64,000 bases of DNA from Podarcis pityusensis (taxonomy: Eukaryota): the NCBI GenBank assembly GCA_964106645.2, contig OZ067038.1; one strand, given 5' to 3'. A model generated the notes under the pieces. The model worked only from the letters and a program-made list of their open reading frames with translations. It had not been told where the DNA came from and ran no database searches. How positions within the stretch are numbered: position 1 is the stretch's first letter; every line of letters begins with the position of its first letter. Positions 28,201 to 39,141 of this stretch are shown here, one piece after another. Made by a program: the position numbers and the translations under genes.

Positions 28201-28272
28201 GACAGATAGATAGATAGATGATAGATAGATCGATAGACAGACAGACAGATAGACAGACATATAGATAGATAG
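28201..28272. repeat. (GATA)n/(GACA)n compound microsatellite
   Basis: Read directly. Confidence 0.9.
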
Positions 28273-28307
28273 AGTCCCAAGGCACACAGTTCAGAATGCA
28301 GACTTCT

Positions 28308-28449
28308 GATTCAGTGTATCTGAAGAAGTGTGCATGCACACGAAAGCTTATACCCAGAACAAACTTAGTTGGTCTCTAAGGTGCTACTGGACAATTTTTT
28401 TATTTCATTTCGACTGCGTCAGACCAACACGGTTACCTACCTGAATCTA
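28308..28449 (+). mobile_element. Penelope-like element terminal (pLTR) fragment
   Basis: TCTGAAGAAGTGTGCATGCACACGAAAGCT...GTTGGTCTCTAAGGTGCTACTGGA...CAGACCAACACGG resembles the squamate PLE terminus as recalled; short inverted ends GATTCAG / CTGAATC. Confidence 0.75.
28316..28353 (+). ncRNA. Minimal type I hammerhead ribozyme motif (PLE-associated)
   Basis: Helix I GUAU/AUAC; core CUGAAGA (28320-28326) plus one extra A; helix II GUGUG-CAUG-CACAC; GAAA (28342-28345); palindromic AGCU in place of helix III; UH site = UU, predicted cut between 28349 and 28350. Confidence 0.7.
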
Positions 28450-28602
28450 GAATCATGCAGAAGCAATTACTGAGCTGTAGTTTGCTGATTGCTATTGAGT
28501 CTTGAAATAACACTGTTTGGTTCAGGTACAAAAGCAGTAAAGGTATAAAAAATTTCCTAAACTGCCTGAAGAGTATTGTCTGTGGTACATTTGGGACAAT
28601 GC

Positions 28603-28764
28603 CATAGAATTATAGAAGTGTAGAGTTGGAAGGGTCATCTAGTCCAAAACCCTGCAATGCAGGAATCTGAACTAAACCATTGATGGCCATCCAACCTCTG
28701 CTTAGAAACCTCCAATGAAGGAGAGTCCACAACCACCTGAGGGAGTCTGTTCCATGGTCGAACA
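28603..28764 (-). mobile_element. CR1 LINE 3' fragment
   Basis: Reverse complement of the same CR1 tail as 26981-27157. Confidence 0.85.
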
Positions 28765-29766
28765 TATGTCCTTTCCAGAAGCAGGGTAAATATCATAAGC
28801 AGCATTGTTGGCAGAGCAAACCTGTGAAACAGGAGTAAATCTTAAATGAATAACTTTTATAGGAGTCCTAAGATATACAAATTATGTTTGCATTAAAGGC
28901 ATATTCCGGTGTTATTGGTTTAATTTCCTTCCAATAAAGTGGCAGTCATATGATCCTTCACAGATGTCTAAAAGGTCAGTAGGGCTGGGCAAATGCACTG
29001 TTCCAAACACATTGTTCAGAAGCAGCACAAAAGTTAGCTATGCTACTTCCTTTTGTTTTCTTTTCTTAGGACCAATTTTGTATGTGGTTTGCTTAAGCGA
29101 TTAGAGATCAAGCTCTAGTTTGTTATCATGGTTGTACACTTGCTTAACTTTCTTGGCAGTCTGAATCTCTGAATTTCATATTTTTTTTTGTAAAGAATGA
29201 CATATTACAATTAAGCACATAATCAAAGCCCTTGAGAAACCACAATAATCTTGCTCACAATAAAAGTGACCTTAAAGCAAGGAACCAAGTCTGTTGGCAA
29301 TACATTTTGAAGTCTGCAATATTTTGTCTGAAGGATCTTTTTCTTTTTTTCATTTCAAAATTTGGAAACTGCGGCAGAATTTAGACTGTACACCTTATCC
29401 TGACTATTGCAAACCCTAGCAGCTGGCAACAGATCTACTCACTTATTGACCACTCTGGCCACCAACATCCCCATCCTCAAAGAAGATTATGAATTTTCTG
29501 AGAATTTAAGGCAAATTTCCCATGGCAACACATCTGCAGTGCCTCTCCAGCTGTTCCCATCCCTGCAAAACTGAAGCAAAGGCCAATCATTCAGTGATTT
29601 CCTATTATGTGCATATGTCACACATTGCTTTCTCAGGGAGTGATGCAGGTTTTTTGAAACATCCAAAGGCTGCATGTTACAGGTGGAAAAAATGATTTCA
29701 AACCGGTCACATGTATACTAAAACATACTCAGCCAATTTATATACCACTCACTGAAAATATATATA

Positions 29767-29955
29767 CAGTGGTACCTCCAGTTGCGGACGGGATCTGTTC
29801 CAGAGGTCTGGCCAGATCCTGAGGTTTTCGCAACTGGAGAGACTGCTTCTGCGCACACGCATGTGGCAAAAACCCGGAAATATACTTCCGGGTTTCCTGC
29901 TTACGTATCCCAAAGTTTACGTCACCAGAGGGATATGTAAGTGAACGTACGACTG
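29767..29955. mobile_element. pogo/Tigger-type MITE, 189 bp, related to the 42486 element
   Basis: TA|CAGTGGTACCTC ... GTACGACTG|TA; shares ACGGGATC-GTTCC and ACTTCCGGGT internal motifs with 42486-42729. Confidence 0.8.
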
Positions 29956-29959
29956 TATA

Positions 29960-29969
29960 TGTGTGTGTC

Positions 29970-30003
<34 letters not shown>
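29960..30003. repeat. (TG)n microsatellite abutting a MITE end
   Basis: Read directly. Confidence 0.9.
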
Positions 30004-30004
<1 letters not shown>

Positions 30005-30445
30005 TCCTGTAGGCTGTGAACAATAAGAAAAAATTATCCAGGCTGTATTAATGCCATCAGAAATAGTGTCTGAACAGTTCGACACATTGGGTTGATATGG
30101 TGGCAGAATTTACCTGTCTCTTGCCTTCCATTTGCTTGCTTTTCTACTGCCTGTGAAGTTAAATGTTTCTTTGGTGAGCATGAAGTCTCCCTTTGACAAT
30201 ACAACTCAGAATCCACTTATGATAACTTTCCCATATGGATTATCTGCAGAGGAATAGACAATGCCCTTTTTACCTTCAAATGTGCTGCTATCAAATATGC
30301 TGCCAAGAGTCTTTATGCTGTATTAATGTAGCTCCCTCTCCCCAAATAGAAAACTCTTTTTATTCTAGTGGTCATAACTGTTTCAAGTGTAAGAATCAAA
30401 CAACAACAGAACAAAACGCTATGTGGTTAGTGTTTTATATAAAGG

Positions 30446-30579
30446 CAGTGCTTTTTTTCAGGGGTTACTCAAGGGTACACAGTACCGGTACACCTCTCTT
30501 TTTTTGTTAAAAAATGTGGCACTTACTGTAACAGCTTCATGGTGAGTACTGGCACCTGTTTTTCTAGAAACAAGCACTG
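30446..30579. mobile_element. hAT-type MITE, 134 bp
   Basis: TIRs CAGTGCTTTTTT / AAACAAGCACTG; 8-bp TSD TATAAAGG / TATACAGG (7/8). Confidence 0.75.
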
Positions 30580-31552
30580 TATACAGGAATCAAGTCTTAT
30601 CTATCAGATAGTAAAGAGAATGCCACCTTAGAGCAGGTGTACATTCCTGCAACATGTATCCTCAAATCTCTCCCCCCCCCAACACACATATGGAAGTGGA
30701 GCCAATTCAGTAAGTGGGAATTACCGTATAAGAGCAGGCACAGGTTGAGATTCTGAATGCACACCCTCCCCACCCCTCCCTAGCAATAGAGAAACAAAGA
30801 CTGGACTAAAATGCAATTCTCTGGCAGAAACAGCAGTTTCCCACCAAAGCCCAAGTAAGAGGTTAAAGCAATCAAGTTCTGAGAACTCTTCATTGACCTA
30901 CCCCAATAAATGCTAACCACAGGTACTAATGTGAGACATCCGGTTGTTATTAATTAGTAATTTCAAAAGGTTAGGGTGCATGACTCACAACGAAAAATAA
31001 TAAAAAATAAACAGTGAAAATTCATGTTATTTATTCATTTGTTTGTTGAAAATCTGATGCCCTGCACTTCCAATGCATTTGCATCACTCATGGTGGCAGA
31101 TGGTTATCTACGCACAGCATTTTGTGGGTGGTGTCACTGACGTCTCTTCTGGAGACTTCAATGCCTGAATTTGTGTGCGTATGTAATCAATGGTGACACA
31201 TACATTATTGCTTTCTTTCCTGGATAATTTCCAGTACTGCTGGGATTATTATTATTTTAAAGAGTTGTTCTGTCTTAGGTAGGACTCTGACTACATGGAA
31301 TTGCTGTGGAAGAAATAAACAATTCATCATGGAAATGGAAAGGTTGACAAAGGGCAGGAAATAGAGAGAATGGTGTCTGTTTCTTCCCACAGAGCTATTT
31401 CCCCTGCTAAGGTAGGGCAGCAAGATCACCAGATTGGTTCTGCAGATTAACTCAGTTACAGCACAAGAGACCCAGCCAGGGTGGGAGGAATGCCATAATG
31501 AGAACCCACAGCAAAATGTTGCTTGGATTAAAAAGCTTAGTGCCCTATACAA

Positions 31553-32011
31553 CACCTCACTCCTGATTCTCCCTTCCCTTCCCCTACCTGTCACCCTGTT
31601 TCTAACTTCCTCTTCTGCAATCCCTACTGTGTCTTTCATTTTATACTTCTCTCCTTTCTCCCCTTTGTGTTCCACTGTTTATGCTGCCATTTCCTCTCCC
31701 TCCACCTCTGCTCCTGTCCATTTTCTCTCACTTGATCACTCTGTTCTCCTCTGCCCCCAGCCCCACCCTCACCATCTCTTGTTCTTGGTCCTTTTCATCC
31801 TACCTTCTCCTTACTCCTCTTTGCTGCCTCTGCTCTCACCCAACACCTCTGTTGCCTTCTCTCACTCACTCTCTCATAAATTGTCTTTCACTACCTCCTA
31901 CCTCCTGCTTTCTCCTTATTGCCCCCTCCTCACTGTCATCTTTTGGGTATCTTCTTTTCTCCACTCAGTTTCTCCTTCTGCTTCTTGCTTCTGTTGTCCT
32001 TCTTCTGCCAG
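31553..32011 (+). repeat. Pyrimidine-rich (C/T) low-complexity block, about 460 bp
   Basis: Strong C/T bias on the + strand with very few AG dinucleotides (31759, 31967, 32010). Confidence 0.8.
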
Positions 32012-35000
32012 GAGCCTGTGTGATGGTTTTTGAAAGCTTGCCATGTAAACCCTGACCCTACAGATTAGGAGACAGCCAAAGAGCACAGCAAGATTAACAT
32101 ATACTGCATGCTTGTGCAGTTGCATTCAAAACCTTGGTGGGGGGGGGGGAGAGAAGTGCCCCATCTGTGTTTGTTTCTCAACCCCAACCCCACCCCAATT
32201 TTTTGTGTTTCTATATTCCTCAAGATTCACCAAGCATGCAGATCTCTTTCTCTTGCTCTTTTGTCAACCCATCTTGGCTACAAAGCTTGTTGAGGCTGAC
32301 CTCCCATCTCTCACACTTTGTTCTACAGCATTATTGTGGTGCCCCCTGCAGCATGGTGCCCAGTGCAGGTATCTGATGTGGTGGAGCGGCAATCACCCAC
32401 CCCCAATGTGCTAGGGACTTGTACCATGTTTGGTCTCTGAAGCGTCACACCCATCCTGGGCTGTGGTGAAGTCACCGGGCATTGGCAGCCAATGGCTCCT
32501 GTCCACAGACTACCTTAGTGTTCATGTGCACAAAGCTGTTCAGAATTACTTGAGATATAAAATGAATGATTCTGCTTAGTAACTCATTGAGATTTTGGGG
32601 ACTGCGGACTGTAGGAAATATTGTAATAGGGTTCCCACCCCCCTTGCTTAAGGGACAAAAGTTGAGATTACAAATACTTAAAACTTTCTTGAGGGGGAAT
32701 TTTCAGTGACAGTAACATCCCATTTTATGTGTAGAACAAAATAACTGATCATTTAGAAGTTATTTAGCAATATGGCGGTAAATCTGTTTGAGTAGTTTGG
32801 ACTCCCCCCCCCCCCAAAAAAAAGATATAACTATGATCCGGTTCAGCATCACTTGTTGAAATGAATCAAGTATTCCTCAGTTTCGTGAAGCATCCTGATA
32901 TCTTGGTTTTGACTGATTCGTGGTTATCTGTAAGCCACAGGTTGGCAACTCAGTTCCAAATCATCAGAGTTCCTTCCTTTCTTCCTGTTTGTTTCCTCCT
33001 TGCTTTTCTCTCTCTTTGTGTAGTTTTAGAGCAATTGAAAGTGATAGTATTTTATTTGATAAAAATAACTTGATTTTTTAAATTTAAAGCTCCTGGTTGT
33101 TTGGCTTAGAATAAATAAGTTTTCCCCTAGTCATGCAGTTGGTAGGCTACTGTCCTGTGTGTTTGTAGCATACTAAAGTCAGAACAGAAATACTTCCTCT
33201 TGCTTTCCAAAAAAAAGGTGCATTGCACTTTAAGTGCATTGCACCTCTGTGCACCTATTTGAAAGTCACCCAATCAAACTAAATGAGGCTTACTTTTCAG
33301 TAAACCTGGGTGAGATTGTGAATTCTAACATGAGATGCACATTGTGAAAAATGAAGTAGGGTGGTCTCTTTCCATTTAGTTCATGAGAACACATAGAGTA
33401 ATGATCCATAAGAAAATGGCATAAATATACTTCAGAGCCTTAAACTATTAAGTTTTAGCAGGAACTTATTGGCTTATAGTTGGGAAGGCGGTGAGCAAGA
33501 AAGAACTCTGCCATTGCTATAGATTGTTCATCATTTATAAAAGCAAACCGTCCAAAGCATGTGCTTGCAGTGTAAATTTTGATTACCCCATCTGCTTCTG
33601 AGCAGAGTTTAACCAGCAATTCCCATAATGCAACAATTATGACTCCCCCCTCCCTTTCTGGGTCACCCACGTAAAGCTGTCCATGTGATTCCCCACCCCC
33701 ATCCCTGGCAGGCTCTTGAATTGACTGTGATGCATAAAGGGGTCGATCGACAAAGCGGTTGCCTGGGTGGAAAGACACATACACAAATGAATCAAGAGCA
33801 CAAAGATTTCATGTTTGCTTCCCACACTCAAGACTTTGAGAAATATTCATTTTTCTCTCGCCACCTTTGGGGTTCTGCACTGAAGGGGACAGGTAGGCGT
33901 TTTCAAATAGCAATAATTTGTGCTTCTATGGCCTTTTGCATCTGCACCCAGGGAGCACTGCATATGTGAATCACAAGCAGGCTTTTCTTTTTCCTCCCCT
34001 CCCCCTTTCTATCCTTTAAAATATCTGAGCTATGCCCGATAGTTGTGGAGGTGGGGAGGGAATAAGGAAGCATGCTGAGTCCTCTTCTTCTGCTATTACT
34101 ATCTTTCATCCAGTACAATGTCATCATAAGGTCAAGAGTGACAGCAAGAGGCTACCCTGCAGTAGGCTGCATGCTGACAGTGCCATGCAGAATCAATAGA
34201 GTAAGGGAGAGGCCAGGTGATGGAGAAGTTCACTCAGCAGAAGCAGGGCTAGGGGCAAAAGGTGCTATGGCAGTGAAGAACAGATGGACGAGATATGGGG
34301 AAGCTGAATTGGATATTTAAATGTTACTTACCTTCTGTTCCACCTTCCAGCCTCAGCAATGCTCATATACCGTACTCTGTCCAACCGTTGATCAGTTTTT
34401 AGAGTCTGTATCTGACACTGGGAATTCAAGATATGATTAGCAACTAGTCTACTAGGAGTGGAGTTGCACTGCTGGCCCCATCTCATTCATTGGGCACGTT
34501 ATTGGCCCTATAATGACCAAAAACCTATGTTTTTATATTGAAAACTGCCCTGTGATCTTTGGATGATGAGCAGTAGAATGAATGAATGTTGTGGATGCCT
34601 GAAATGAAGAAGCCTATGGCTGAGCAGCTGCTTGCATTCAGACTTCAACAAAATTTGTAAGACTTTTTAGGAAGGCTTGGTACAAAGAGTTAGTTATAAT
34701 GTAAGAGATTGCATGGATTTGCCGGCCCCCGTGCCCCCAACACCTCTGAATTGATTTTCAAGAAAGGATTCATTCTGTTTGCTCCTTAATGTTGTGACAT
34801 GGTCTTCTTGTTACCATTGTCATGGCACCCTCTTCTGCCAGACACTTGTGTTGGGTTGCAAATAATCCACTATCACCTGTCCCTGGCCACTAAATTAGAC
34901 CAGGCTTTGAACATATCTCCCATTGTGAAGTTATATTTAATGTACAAACCTACATGAACTTTGGAAGGGTTTTTGTAGAGCATGAAAATAGCCTAGTCAT

Positions 35001-38000
35001 ATTGTCTGACAATCTTGGAATGTATGTGTGCCTTTTACAGGAGAATGCATCTTGGAACAATTTCAGAAATTGTGGGATACAGTACACCATATTCACACTT
35101 GGTTAAGTTTTTGCGCTTGTTTGATATTTTGTGTTAATTTATAGGCAAGATTAATGTGTGGTGTGTATGTAAATGGTAAAGGAATCCTATCTTTTCAAGA
35201 TGCAGGAGCTGCTGAAAGATCTTCAGGTCACTTCTAACCCTGTGATTATGCATGGCTTTAATCAAATTAATGAGACATTTATGTTTGACTAGTACAAATC
35301 ATATGGTGTGCATTATTAGTGCTCTTCCACATCATCCAAAAGAGATGTTTGAAAGGTTGCCAGAGGACATCCTTCCCAAACTTCTCAACACACCCACAAT
35401 TTATTATAACCAGGTCAGTTTTAAAAGCAAAAACAACTTTCATACTTAATGTTGAATTAGGGGATAAACAGTGTGTTTTAAGAATAGCTAACTCTTAATA
35501 TAGAGACAGTGAAATCTGAATTTCTGTTTTGAATTTGGGACTGTAGTTTTACAAAGCACCCTTAGAAAAACTGTTTTATGTAAGAGCTTCACACTGTAAT
35601 CACTGAAAGATGCTCGAGACACAACTCTTATAGGCATCTGGTTCATTCTGAGCAAAGCTCTCTTATTTATGATTTGCTGCTTCTCAACCACACAATTGAT
35701 ATACACCTTCATTCTTGTAACCTTAAGCTACAGTTTAGCATTGCATTTAAACACAACCATAGAAGAGACTGAAGATAGCCAAACAGCTTTTTTAAAAGCA
35801 TAATATTGAAAAAGAGGAGTTGAATGTCCTTAGCCAGCTAATCAGATTGTCAGCCCATCACTGCCTTGTAGTTTAGGCAGTGTGAAAAAATCATTTTACA
35901 ATCAATACCTTCATAAGATGTCTTTGTAGTGCAGACACCATAGCTTTCAGCTAAACCTCATGTTAGTGAACTATTTGCTATTGCAGCTAATTGCTTATGC
36001 AATGTCTGTAAATCACAAGATGCTTCTGATGTACATGTGATCTCGCTGTAGGCAGAATGGCTGAATCTTCCAAAGCATAAGGGAAGCCCAGTTACTGACA
36101 TAAAAGTTGGCAGCCCATGCAAGTTGCAGAGGTGGTACAAAGTCTCTGTTCAGAATGACTGTGTGGTGCTAAATTGCAGGAAATAAACCATGTTGCAAAC
36201 CTATAAAGCTTCACTGGAAAGTCAGACAGGCAAGGGGAGGGGAAAAGAGAGAGAGAGAGAGAGACAGACATAAACATTTTCAGTTTTGCCTTCAACCGCA
36301 AAGAGGCTGCAGCCAGCAAAGGAGCAGAATGTTAAAGTGGATGAGTTCGAGGCAACCAAAACAGATCAAGAAGAGAGTGAGTATGACCTGAAACCCTCCC
36401 TTTCCTCTTACATCACATTAGGTCAAGGGGATAATAATAGTATAATCATGATCAGCTAGTAAAATTAACTATTCAAATGCAAGTCTGTAAAGGTACAGTG
36501 TTCCAATTCAATTTCTAATTAGGAGGAGTGTTCTCCCCTTGAAGAAGCCAGATTTTATATTGCTACTTGAATTAACAATTTAGGATGTAAATGTGTTGTA
36601 AGAATTTGTAGAGTGGGACTGGTATTTGTGTAAATGGTGTAAATATGGTGGACAATCATTTGTGTAAATGCAGAAAAACAGCTCCATATTATAGGGACAC
36701 GGTCACTAACATAGTTACCATTCAGTCAAGATTTCTAACAAATGGGTGAAGAACTTGAAAAAATCAGAATAGACTTGTGGCAGAATAATGTTGTGTTTTG
36801 TCAGCTTATTAGAGGCTACCTAAGTGTTTAAGCGAGGACCTAAAAAATAATTATCCATTTCTCTAGAATAAGCAGCTCCAGTCCATAGATTCCTTTTTAA
36901 TATACGGTACTTATTTGCTGTCAAAGAGAGTATCAAGGAAGTGCTTCCTCAGACCACCCATAAAAGGGGATAATGGGTGTGGTGAAATGTTGCAGACATT
37001 CCCTCTCTGCTGCTGAGCAAACTGCCCTGCTGGGGTTATTTGCAGTCCAGCATGTCTTTCATAAACGGGAGCACTTGTGGAAAGTTAACTAAAGGAGGAC
37101 CGGCGTATGATCATGTAGTTAAAGGCTTCTTTTTTGTATTTTTTTGTACTTTATTTTTGATACTCTTGTTGTTTTAAGTGCCCATTTAATATATGTCTTT
37201 CATGCTGTCCCTAAACATTGGTGACATGGAAATGAGTACATTGTACTGATATCAATGACAATTATCTAATGGTTTGAGAGTAGGGGAAAACATAGCTAAT
37301 GTTGATTCCCAGCTAGCTCTGTCCATTTCGAACTAGCTATGTGCATATGCCTGTTTTGGGTGAGGTTCATGTTTACACTGGCATTTTACAAGCCAAACCC
37401 TGATAACAGCAGTGCATGCACATGAACAACCTGGCCCAGGATGCCTATTTACTAGAAGCTAGTGTGTGTACCCTTTTCCCCTCAACAGCTCCACGCTGAC
37501 ACTCTAGTTTTTTTTATTGCTCACTCATTCATGCATAGAGCTTGTGGGTGCATTCAGACATGAGGATTATTGTGTTAGTTTTCCTGGTTATAATGCTAGT
37601 GCTTCTGTTCCAGTTTCTACATTCAGCACCTCCACATGGCACTAAATTCCATTCATAGCAGAAGGTGTGGTGTGACACAACAGCTCACATTATCCAACAT
37701 GTTTCCACCCCCCCCACCTTTTATGTGCGTGTGAGCTTCTGTTCCCCCATGCTCCCCCCATGAAATTTTATGCTGGAACACCATCCCAAATGTTATCTCA
37801 CAATTTTCCAGGTTAATTGGTTAGCCACCTGATTTTTTTTCTGGAAACCATTAACATGGAAATGTTAGCATTAAACTTCCACTAGAGTCCACTAGATTTA
37901 CAGAAGGGGCTTTTATATTGTGTGAAAGATTGAAAATTATCAGGTAAGGAAACATTGGGGAAACAGAGTAAAGTGCTGTCTGAACACACCCTGCCTTACC

Positions 38001-39041
38001 TCTAGCCTGTTAAATAATATTTAGGATTTGGCCACTGCTTATATAAGGCTGTTACACAAAAATAAAATATTGTTTTGGAAATATTTTTTGTAACTTACTT
38101 TCCTCTTTCATTTTCTTCATTTTGACGCTTGCTTATAAAGTCCTTAAGGCAAGCAGGGCACTTAATAAATAACTTCAGGCGTATACCCCCTGGTTACGGA
38201 ATGAGTTACTCTGGCAAATCATTTACATCTGCTAAAACAGGGATATTATTGATAGGAAGTGACAGGTGGAAACACTAGGAAAGGTAATTTACAATATATA
38301 TTATTTGCATGCTCCCCACTACAAATTTGATCAAAGTGCTAACAATTTTAACTTTGTAGTGACACACTGTTGCCTTAATCTTTTATCAAACAATTTTATA
38401 ATTCTGTAACAGTAACAGATACCGTTATTAAACATTTCCGCAAATCTCTCTTAAGACGCTAAAGAGAAGCTATTGTTTATTTGAAGATTCAAGGTTATCC
38501 CGAGAATATTATCGCAGGCCATGCAACTTTGTGTGAAAGCTTGGCTGATGAAAAGAGTGGTTCAGATCATGCGTTGAACCAATTTTTAACAAAGGTTTTA
38601 CTCAGTGATCCCTTCTGGGGTTTTGGAACCTCTACTGTTTGAAGCATTTACAAGGTTTCTAGATGGGTGAGAAAACAAGCTGTGTGTCTAGCTTTAATTA
38701 AAGATTATTTCATTGAAGAGTGACTCAGTGATCTCTTAGGGTAGGCTGCGAGGTGTGGAGCTAGGGAAAGGGAGAAGAAAGAAGAGGCAACTAGGCTAAC
38801 AAGCCATTCTAATTGTACATTCTAATTGAACATTCATATAAGTTTGGTAGGATTCATTAGCACTTGCTTCAGGTCAGATACGTTCACTGCTTTGTATGCT
38901 TCAGAGACACCATGACTCTGAGGAGGTTTTCATATCAAAAGGGTCTCTTTCAGGCCACACAGAATCTAATAATAACTCATATGGCAAGAAGTGGCAGTGC
39001 ATCTAGGATTCTACCTTCAGATCCCAGGGAGATGGACAATA

Positions 39042-39141
39042 TTCTCATGACTTTGGCTTTTTATTTCCCTCCTGTCTGTAAGATGCATGTTCTCATGACT
39101 TTAGCTTTTTATTTCCCTTCTGTCTGTAAGATGCATGTTCT
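39042..39141. repeat. Two-copy tandem duplication, period 48 bp
   Basis: TTCTCATGACTTT(G/A)GCTTTTTATTTCCCT(C/T)CTGTCTGTAAGATGCATG x2 with 2 mismatches. Confidence 0.9.

Noticed and set aside
31205-32055. ORFs of 199, 156 and 124 aa as an independent nested gene
   Set aside because: Pyrimidine/purine strand bias suppresses stop codons and the products are low complexity. Kept only as a possible cryptic exon.
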